A stretch of DNA of 64,000 bases from Eledone cirrhosa. Taxonomy: Eukaryota. Below are positions 54,801-64,000 of this stretch, in pieces (position 1 is the first letter of the stretch; every line of letters begins with the position of its first letter). The position numbers and the translations under genes were made by a program. The notes below the pieces were generated by a model. It saw only the letters and a list, made by a program, of their open reading frames with translations, was not told where the DNA came from and ran no database searches. The DNA lies in contig OZ024740.1 in assembly GCA_964016885.1 (NCBI GenBank), forward strand, positions 251,224,001 to 251,288,000. The letters are read 5' to 3'.

Positions 54801-57800
54801 TTTACAAATTATCTCCCCCTGATTTTTTTTACAATCTCCGCCTGATTTTTTTAAAAATTATCTTCCCTTGGCTGGCGGGAAATTATCTCCCCTTGGACGG
54901 CTGGAAATTATCTCCCCTTGGAAGGATGGAAATTATCTCCCCTTGGACGGCTGGAAATTATCTCCCCTTGCACGGCTGGAAATTATCTCCCCTTGGCTGG
55001 AAATTATCTCCCCTTGGACGGCTAGAAATTATCTCTCTTTGGATGGCTGGAAATTATCTCCCTTTGATTTTTTTTACAAATTATCTCCCTCTGATTTTTT
55101 TTACAAATCTCCCCCTGATTTTTTTTTACAAATTATCTCCCCCTGATTTTTTTTACAAACTATCGCCCCTGATTTTTTTACAAATTATCTCCCCTTGGCT
55201 GGCTGGAAATTATCTCCCCTTGGAGGCTGGAATTTATCTCCCCTTGGACGGCTGGAAATTACCTCTCCTTGGACGGCTGAAAATTATCTCCCCTTGGACG
55301 GCTGGAAATTATCTCCCCTTGATTTTTTTACAAATTATCTCCCCCTGATTTTTTTTTTACAAATTATCTCCCCCTGATTTTTTTTACAAATTATCTACGC
55401 CTGATTTTTTTAAATATTATCTCTCCTTGGCTGGCGGGAAATTATCTCCCCTTGGAAGGATGGAAATTATCTCCCCTTGGACGGCTGGAAATTATCTCCC
55501 CTTGCACTGCTGGAAATTATCTCCCCTTGGACGGCTGGAAATTATCTGCCCTTGATTTTGTTTTTACAAATTATCTTCCCCTGATTATTTTTACAAATTA
55601 TCTCCACCTGATTTTTTAAAAAATTATCTCCCCTTGGACGGCTGGAAATTATCTCCCCTTGGCTGGAAATTATCTCCCCTTGGACGGCTAGAAATTATCT
55701 CTCTTTGGACGGCTGGAAATTATCTCCCCTTGATTTTTTTTACAAATTATCTCCCCCTGATTTTTTTTACAAATTATCTCCCCATGATTTTTAAAAAAAA
55801 AATTATCTCCCCTTCGCTGGCTGGAAATTATCTCCCCTTGGACGCTGGAAATTATAGCCCCTTGGAGGGCTGGAAATTATCTTCCCTTGGACGGCTGGAA
55901 ATTATCTCCCCTTGATTTTTTTTACAAATTATCTCCCCCTGATTTTTTTTTACAAATTATCTCCCCCTGATTTTTTTTTTACAAATTATCTCCGCCTGAT
56001 TTTTTTAAAAAAATTATCTCCCCTTGGACGGCTGGAAATTATCTCCCCTTGGACGGCTGGAAATTATCTCCCCTTGGACGGCTAGAAATTACCTCTCCTT
56101 GGACGGCTGAAAATTATCTCCCCTTGGACGGCTGCAAATTATCTCCCCTTGATTTTTTTTACAAATTATCCCCCCATGATTTAAAAAAAAAAAATTATCT
56201 CCCCTTCGCTGGCTGGAAATTATCTCCCCTTGGACGCTGGAAATTATAGCCCCTTGGAGGGCTGGAAATTATCTTCCCTTGGACGGCTGGAAATTATCTC
56301 CCCTTGATTTTTTTTACAAATTATCTCCCCCTGATTTTTTTTTACAAATTATCAACCACTGATTTTTTTTTACAAATTATCTCCCCCTGATTTTTTTTTT
56401 ACAAATTATCTCCGCCTGATTTTTTAAAAAAAATTATCTCCCCTTGGACGGCTGGAAATTATCTCCCCTTGGACGGCTGGAAATTATCTCCCCTTGGACG
56501 GCTAGAAATTACCTCTCCTTGGACGGCTGAAAATTATCTCCCCTTGGACGGCTGCAAATTATCTCCCCTTGATTTTTTTTACAAATTATCTCCCCCTGAT
56601 TTTTTTTACAAATTATCTCCCCCTGATTTTTTTTACAAATTATCTCCCCCTGATTTTTTTTTACAAATTATCTCCCCCTGATTTTTTTTTACAAATTATC
56701 TCCCCCTGATTTTTTTTACAAATTATCTCCCCCTGATTTTTTTTACAAATTATCTCCCCCTGATTTTTTTTACAATCTCCGCCTGATTTTTTAAAAAATT
56801 ATCTTCCCTTGGCTGGCGGGAAATTATCTCCCCTTGGACGGCTGGAAATTATCTCCCCTTGGACGGCTAGAAATTATCTCTCTTTGGACGGCTGGAAATT
56901 ATCTCCCCTTGATTTTTTTTACAAATTATCTCCCCCTGATTTTTTTTACAAATTATCCCCGCATGATTTTTAAAAAAAAAATTATCTCCCCTTCGCTGGC
57001 TGGAAATTATCTCCCCTTGGACGCTGGAAATTATAGCCCCTTGGAGGGCTGGAAATTATCTTCCCTTGGACGGCTGGAAATTATCTCCCCTTGATTTTTT
57101 TTACAAATTATCTCCCCCTGATTTTTTTTTACAAATTATCTCCCCCTGATTTTTTTTTACAAATTATCTCCCCCTGATTTTTTTTTTTACAAATTATCTC
57201 CGCCTGATTTTTAAAAAAAAATTATCTCCCCTTGGACGGCTGGAAATTATCTCCCCTTGGACGGCTGGAAATTATCTCCCCTTGGACGGCTGGAAATTAT
57301 TTCCCCTTGGACGGCTAGAAATTACCTCTCCTTGGACGGCTGAAAATTATCTCCCCTTGGACGGCTGCAAATTATCTCCCCTTGATTTTTTTTACAAATT
57401 ATCTCCCCCTGATTTTTTTTACAAATTATCTCCCCCTGATTTTTTTTTACAAATTATCTTCCCCTGATTTTTTTTTACAAATTATCTCCCCCTGATTTTT
57501 TTTACAAATTATCTCCCCCTGATTTTTTTTACAAATTATCTCCCCCTGATTTTTTTTAATAAATTATCTCCCCTTGATTTTTTTTTACAAATTATCTCCC
57601 CCTGATTTTTTTTTTACAAATTATCTCCCCCTGATTTTTTTACAAATTATCTCCCCCTGATTTTTTTTACAAATTATCTCCCCCTGATTTTTTTTACAAA
57701 TTATCTCCCCTTGATTTTTTTTTACAAATTATCTCCCCCTGATTTTTTTTTTACAAATTATCTCCCCCTGATTTTTTTAAAAATTATCTTCCCTTGGCTT

Positions 57801-58600
57801 GCGGGAAATTATCTCCCCTTGGACGGCTGGAAATTATCTCCCCTTGGAAGGATGTAAATTATCTCCCCTTGGACGGCTGGAAATTATCTCCCCTTGCACG
57901 GCTGGAAATTATCTCCCCTTGATTTTTTTTACAAATTATCTCCCCCTGATTTTTTTTTACAAATTATCTCCCCCTGATTTTTTTTTACAAATTATCTCCC
58001 CCTGATTTTTTTTACAAATTATCTCCCCCTGATTTAAAAAAAAAAAATTATCTCCCCTTCGCTGGCTGGAAATTATCTCCCCTTGGACGCTGGAAATTAT
58101 AGCCCCTTGGAGGGCTGGAAATTATCTTCCCTTGGACGGCTGGAAATTATCTTCCCTTGGACGGCTGGAAATTATCTCCCCTTGATTTTTTTTACAAATT
58201 ATCTCCCCCTGATTTTTTTTTACAAATTATCTCCCCCTGATTTTTTTTTACAAATTATCTCCCCCTGATTTTTTTTTTACAAATTATCTCCGCTTGATTT
58301 TTTAAAAAAAATTATCTCCCCTTGGACGGCTGGAAATTATCTCCCCTTGGACGGCTGGAAATTATCTCCCCTTGGACGGCTAGAAATTATCTCTCCTTGG
58401 ACGGCTGAAAATTATCTCCCCTTGGACGGCTGCAAATTATCTCCCCTTGATTTTTTTTACAAATTATCTCCCCCTGATTTTTTTTTACAAATTATCTCCC
58501 CCTCATTTTTTTTACAAATTATCTACCCCTGATTTTTTTTACAAATTATCTCCCCCTGATTTTTTTTTACAAATTATCTCCCCCTGATTTTTTTTTACAA
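45500..58600 (+). repeat. About 6.55-kb tandem higher-order repeat (2 copies)
   Basis: Offsets 45826/52390 and 50718/57282 are 6564, and 51810/58347 is 6537. The marker TATCAACCACTG occurs at ~49786 and ~56350 (also ~22831). Confidence 0.88.
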
Positions 58601-61600
58601 ATTATCTCCCCCTGATTTTTTTTTTACAAATTATCTCCCCCTGATTTTTTTACAAATTATCTCCCCCTGATTTTTTTTACAATCTCCGCCTGATTTTTTT
58701 AAAAATTATCTTCCCTTGGCTGGCGGGAAATTATCTCCCCTTGGACGGCTGGAAATTATCTCCCCTTGGAAGGATGGAAATTATCTCCCCTTGGACGGCT
58801 GGAAATTATCTCCCCTTGCACGGCTGGAAATTATCTCCCCTTGGCTGCAAATTATCTCCCCTTGGACGGCTAGAAATTATCTCTCTTTGGATGGCTGGAA
58901 ATTATCTCCCTTTGATTTTTTTTACAAATTATCTCCCTCTGATTTTTTTTACAAATCTCCCCCTGATTTTTTTTTACAAATTATCTCCCCCTGATTTTTT
59001 TTACAAACTATCGCCCCTGATTTTTTTACAAATTATCTCCCCTTGGCTGGCTGGAAATTATCTCCCCTTGGAGGCTGGAATTTATCTCCCCTTGGACGGC
59101 TAGAAATTACCTCTCCTTGGACGGCTGGAAAATATGTCTCCTTGGACGGCTGGAAATTATCTCCCCTTGGACGGCTGGAAATTACCTCTCCTTGGACGGC
59201 TGAAAATTATCTCCCCTTGGACGGCTGGAAATTATCTCCCCTTGATTTTTTTACAAATTATCTCCCCCTGATTTTTTTTACAATCTCCGCCTGATTTTTT
59301 AAAAAATTATCTTCCCTTGGCTGGCGGGAAATTATCTCCCCTTGGACGGCTGGAAATTATCTCCCCTTGGACGGCTAGAAATTATCTCTCTTTGGACGGC
59401 TGGAAATTATCTCCCCTTGATTTTTTTTACAAATTATCTCCCCCTGATTTTTTTTACAAATTATCCCCGCATGATTTTTAAAAAAAAAATTATCTCCCCT
59501 TCGCTGGCTGGAAATTATCTCCCCTTGGACGCTGGAAATTATAGCCCCTTGGAGGGCTGGAAATTATCTTCCCTTGGACGGCTGGAAATTATCTCCCCTT
59601 GATTTTTTTTACAAATTATCTCCCCCTGATTTTTTTTTACAAATTATCTCCCCCTGATTTTTTTTTACAAATTATCTCCCCCTGATTTTTTTTTTTACAA
59701 ATTATCTCCGCCTGATTTTTAAAAAAAAATTATCTCCCCTTGGACGGCTGGAAATTATCTCCCCTTGGACGGCTGGAAATTATCTCCCCTTGGACGGCTA
59801 GAAATTACCTCTCCTTGGACGGCTGAAAATTATCTCCCATTGGACGGCTGCAAATTATCTCCCCTTGATTTTTTTTACAAATTATCTCCCGCTGATTTTT
59901 TTTACAAATTATCTCCCCCTGATTTTTTTTACAAATTATCTCCCCCTGATTTTTTTTTACAAATTATCTCCCCCTGATTTTTTTTTACAAATTATCTCCC
60001 CCTGATTTTTTTTACAAATTATCTCCCCCTGATTTTTTTTACAAATTATCTCCCCCTGATTTTTTTTTACAAATTATCTCCCCTTGATTTTTTTTTACAA
60101 ATTATCTCCCCCTGATTTTTTTTTTACAAATTATCTCCCCCTGATTTTTTTACAAATTATCTCCCCCTGATTTTTTTTACAAATTATCTCCCCCTGATTT
60201 TTTTTACAAATTATCTCCCCTTGATTTTTTTTTACAAATTATCTCCCCCTGATTTTTTTTTTACAAATTATCTCCCCCTGATTTTTTTAAAAATTATCTT
60301 CCCTTGGCTGGCGGGAAATTATCTCCCCTTGGACGGCTGGAAATTATCTCCCCTTGGAAGGATGTAAATTATCTCCCCTTGGACGGCTGGAAATTATCTC
60401 CCCTTGCACGGCTGGAAATTATCTCCCCTTGATTTTTTTTACAAATTATCTCCCCCTGATTTTTTTTTACAAATTATCTCCCCCTGATTTTTTTTTACAA
60501 ATTATCTCCCCCTGATTTTTTTTACAAATTATCTCCCCCTGATTTAAAAAAAAAAAATTATCTCCTCTTCGCTGGCTGGAAATTATCTCCCCTTGGACGC
60601 TGGAAATTATAGCCCCTTGGAGGGCTGGAAATTATCTTCCCTTGGACGGCTGGAAATTATCTTCCCTTGGACGGCTGGAAATTATCTCCCCTTGATTTTT
60701 TTTACAAATTATCTCCCCCTGATTTTTTTTTACAAATTATCTCCCCCTGATTTTTTTTTACAAATTATCTCCCCCTGATTTTTTTTTTACAAATTATCTC
60801 CGCTTGATTTTTAAAAAAAAATTATCTCCCCTTGGACGGCTGGAAATTATCTCCCCTTGGACGGCTGGAAATTATCTCCCCTTGGACGGCTAGAAATTAT
60901 CTCTCCTTGGACGGCTGAAAATTATCTCCCCTTGGACGGCTGCAAATTATCTCCCCTTGATTTTTTTTTACAAATTATCTCCCCCTGATTTTTTTTTTAC
61001 AAATTATCTCCCCCTGATTTTTTTACAAATTATCTCCCCCTGATTTTTTTTACAAATTATCTCCCCCTGATTTTTTTTACAAATTATCTCCCCTTGATTT
61101 TTTTTTACAAATTATCTCCCCCTGATTTTTTTTTTACAAATTATCTCCCCCTGATTTTTTTAAAAATTATCTTCCCTTGGCTGGCGGGAAATTATCTCCC
61201 CTTGGACGGCTGGAAATTATCTCCCCTTGGAAGGATGTAAATTATCTCCCCTTGGACGGCTGGAAATTATCTCCCCTTGCACGGCTGGAAATTATCTCCC
61301 CTTGATTTTTTTTACAAATTATCTCCCCCTGATTTTTTTTTACAAATTATCTCCCCCTGATTTTTTTTTACAAATTATCTCCCCCTGATTTTTTTTACAA
61401 ATTATCTCCCCCTGATTTAAAAAAAAAAAATTATCTCCCCTTCGCTGGCTGGAAATTATCTCCCCTTGGACGCTGGAAATTATAGCCCCTTGGAGGGCTG
61501 GAAATTATCTTCCCTTGGACGGCTGGAAATTATCTTCCCTTGGACGGCTGGAAATTATCTCCCCTTGATTTTTTTTACAAATTATCTCCCCCTGATTTTT

Positions 61601-64000
61601 TTTTACAAATTATCTCCCCCTGATTTTTTTTTACAAATTATCTCCCCCTGATTTTTTTTTTACAAATTATCTCCGCTTGATTTTTTAAAAAAAATTATCT
61701 CCCCTTGGACGGCTGGAAATTATCTCCCCTTGGACGGCTGGAAATTATCTCCCCTTGGACGGCTAGAAATTATCTCTCCTTGGACGGCTGAAAATTATCT
61801 CCCCTTGGACGGCTGCAAATTATCTCCCCTTGATTTTTTTTACAAATTATCTCCCCCTGATTTTTTTTTACAAATTATCTCCCCCTCATTTTTTTTACAA
61901 ATTATCTACCCCTGATTTTTTTTACAAATTATCTCCCCCTGATTTTTTTTTACAAATTATCTCCCCCTGATTTTTTTTTACAAATTATCTCCCCCTGATT
62001 TTTTTTTTACAAATTATCTCCCCCTGATTTTTTTACAAATTATCTCCCCCTGATTTTTTTTACAATCTCCGCCTGATTTTTTTAAAAATTATCTTCCCTT
62101 GGCTGGCGGGAAATTATCTCCCCTTGGACGGCTGGAAATTATCTCCCCTTGGAAGGATGGAAATTATCTCCCCTTGGACGGCTGGAAATTATCTCCCCTT
62201 GCACGGCTGGAAATTATCTCCCCTTGGCTGGAAATTATCTCCCCTTGGACGGCTAGAAATTATCTCTCTTTGGATGGCTGGAAATTATCTCCCTTTGATT
62301 TTTTTTACAAATTATCTCCCTCTGATTTTTTTTACAAATCTCCCCCTGATTTTTTTTTACAAATTATCTCCCCCTGATTTTTTTTACAAACTATCGCCCC
62401 TGATTTTTTTACAAATTATCTCCCCTTGGCTGGCTGGAAATTATCTCCCCTTGGAGGCTGGAATTTATCTCCCTTTGGACGGCTAGAAATTACCTCTCCT
62501 TGGACGGCTGGAAAATATGTCTCCTTGGACGGCTGGAAATTATCTCCCCTTGGACGGCTGGAAATTACCTCTCCTTGGACGGCTGAAAATTATCTCCCCT
62601 TGGACGGCTGGAAATTATCTCCCCTTGATTTTTTTACAAATTATCTCCCCCTGATTTTTTTTACAATCTCCGCCTGATTTTTTAAAAAATTATCTTCCCT
62701 TGGCTGGCGGGAAATTATCTCCCCTTGGACGGCTGGAAATTATCTCCCCTTGGACGGCTAGAAATTATCTCTCTTTGGACGGCTGGAAATTATCTCCCCT
62801 TGATTTTTTTTACAAATTATCTCCCCCTGATTTTTTTTACAAATTATCCCCGCATGATTTTTAAAAAAAAAATTATCTCCCCTTCGCTGGCTGGAAATTA
62901 TCTCCCCTTGGACGCTGGAAATTATAGCCCCTTGGAGGGCTGGAAATTATCTTCCCTTGGACGGCTGGAAATTATCTCCCCTTGATTTTTTTTACAAATT
63001 ATCTCCCCCTGATTTTTTTTTACAAATTATCTCCCCCTGATTTTTTTTTTTACAAATTATCTCCGCCTGATTTTTAAAAAAAAATTATCTCCCCTTGGAC
63101 GGCTGGAAATTATCTCCCCTTGGACGGCTGGAAATTATCTCCCCTTGGACGGCTAGAAATTACCTCTCCTTGGACGGCTGAAAATTATCTCCCATTGGAC
63201 GGCTGCAAATTATCTCCCCTTGATTTTTTTTACAAATTATCTCCCGCTGATTTTTTTTACAAATTATCTCCCCCTGATTTTTTTTACAAATTATCTCCCC
63301 CTGATTTTTTTTTACAAATTATCTCCCCCTGATTTTTTTTTACAAATTATCTCCCCCTGATTTTTTTTACAAATTATCTCCCCCTGATTTTTTTTACAAA
63401 TTATCTCCCCCTGATTTTCTTTTACAAATTATCTCCCCTTGATTTTTTTTTACAAATTATCTCCCCCTGATTTTTTTTTTACAAATTATCTCCCCCTGAT
63501 TTTTTTACAAATTATCTCCCCCTGATTTTTTTTACAAATTATCTCCCCCTGATTTTTTTTACAAATTATCTCCCCTTGATTTTTTTTTACAAATTATCTC
63601 CCCCTGATTTTTTTTTTACAAATTATCTCCCCCTGATTTTTTTAAAAATTATCTTCCCTTGGCTGGCGGGAAATTATCTCCCCTTGGACGGCTGGAAATT
63701 ATCTCCCCTTGGAAGGATGTAAATTATCTCCCCTTGGACGGCTGGAAATTATCTCCCCTTGCACGGCTGGAAATTATCTCCCCTTGATTTTTTTTACAAA
63801 TTATCTCCCCCTGATTTTTTTTTACAAATTATCTCCCCCTGATTTTTTTTTACAAATTATCTCCCCCTGATTTTTTTTACAAATTATCTCCCCCTGATTT
63901 AAAAAAAAAAAATTATCTCCTCTTCGCTGGCTGGAAATTATCTCCCCTTGGACGCTGGAAATTATAGCCCCTTGGAGGGCTGGAAATTATCTTCCCTTGG
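52060..64000 (+). repeat. At least 11.9-kb near-identical copy of ~18.55-30.3 kb (offset 33,490-33,702)
   Basis: Offsets 18900/52390, 19529/53048, 25224/58716, 27974/61466, 28397/62099 and 29418/63120. Shared markers are GGCTTGCGGG (~24304, ~57796), CCCTTTGGACGG (~28769, ~62471) and GATTTTCTTT (~29711, ~63413). Confidence 0.9.

Larger units (their letters stand above)
1..64000. repeat. Composite satellite DNA array of two related monomers (A, 25 bp; B, about 27 bp), all in one orientation and running off both window ends
   Basis: The core AAATTATCTCCCC or a close variant recurs every 21-30 bp from position 9 to the end. It is followed by either TTGGACGGCTGG (A) or (C/T)TGA-T7-11-AC (B). I found no non-repeat sequence while reading. 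Confidence 0.99.

Noticed and set aside
184-63332. About 190 short plus-strand ORFs (60-194 aa) with LSPLGRLEIISPWTAGNYLPLDGWK and FFYKLSPPD repeats
   Set aside because: They are translations of the satellite. The 25-bp unit cycles through all three frames, the starts are mostly the TTG inside the monomer, and T-tract length changes break frames at random. There is no domain, codon signal or gene context.
1-64000. CRISPR-like constant repeat plus variable spacer
   Set aside because: The constant part is only about 16 bp, the spacers are 9-14 bp of just two recurring types, and there is no leader or cas gene.
1-64000. Plasmid iterons, integron attC array, or retron/DGR-type cassette system
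   Set aside because: There is no replication protein, integrase, reverse transcriptase or unique cassette content, and the scale and nested duplications fit satellite DNA.
1-64000. Canonical telomerase repeat or a known satellite (alpha satellite, CENP-B box)
   Set aside because: There is no short TTAGGG/TTAGG-type tandem unit, no 171-bp monomer and no CENP-B box that I can recognise. Multi-kb copies sharing rare variants indicate recombinational amplification.
1-64000. Pure sequencing or synthetic artefact
   Set aside because: Hierarchically shared point variants, conserved homopolymer lengths and a diverged segment look like real evolutionary history. The exact copy number and order of the large duplications could still be misassembled.

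Overview
The whole 64 kb window is one uninterrupted, head-to-tail satellite array of roughly 2,400-2,500 monomers (64,000 bp at about 26 bp each). I see no genes, RNA genes, transposons, inversions or unique DNA. Two monomer types share the core AAATTATCTCCCC(T/C)TG. Type A is 25 bp (AAATTATCTCCCCTTGGACGGCTGG) and type B is about 26-30 bp (AAATTATCTCCCCCTGA-T7-11-AC). They alternate in blocks, and the blocks form nested higher-order repeats. Offsets between identical ORF-track entries give periods of about 0.42, 0.79, 0.87, 3.2-3.4, 3.9, 5.5, 6.6 and 7.35 kb, plus long-range duplications at offsets of about 19.6, 26.9 and 33.5-33.7 kb. A more diverged segment at about 30.55-34.5 kb appears to keep ancestral states. 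All listed ORFs are artefacts of translating the repeat. The organisation resembles eukaryotic heterochromatic, centromeric or subtelomeric satellite DNA, but I do not recognise the family or organism. No protein-coding system is present; what is interesting is the two-letter architecture and its mutational history.
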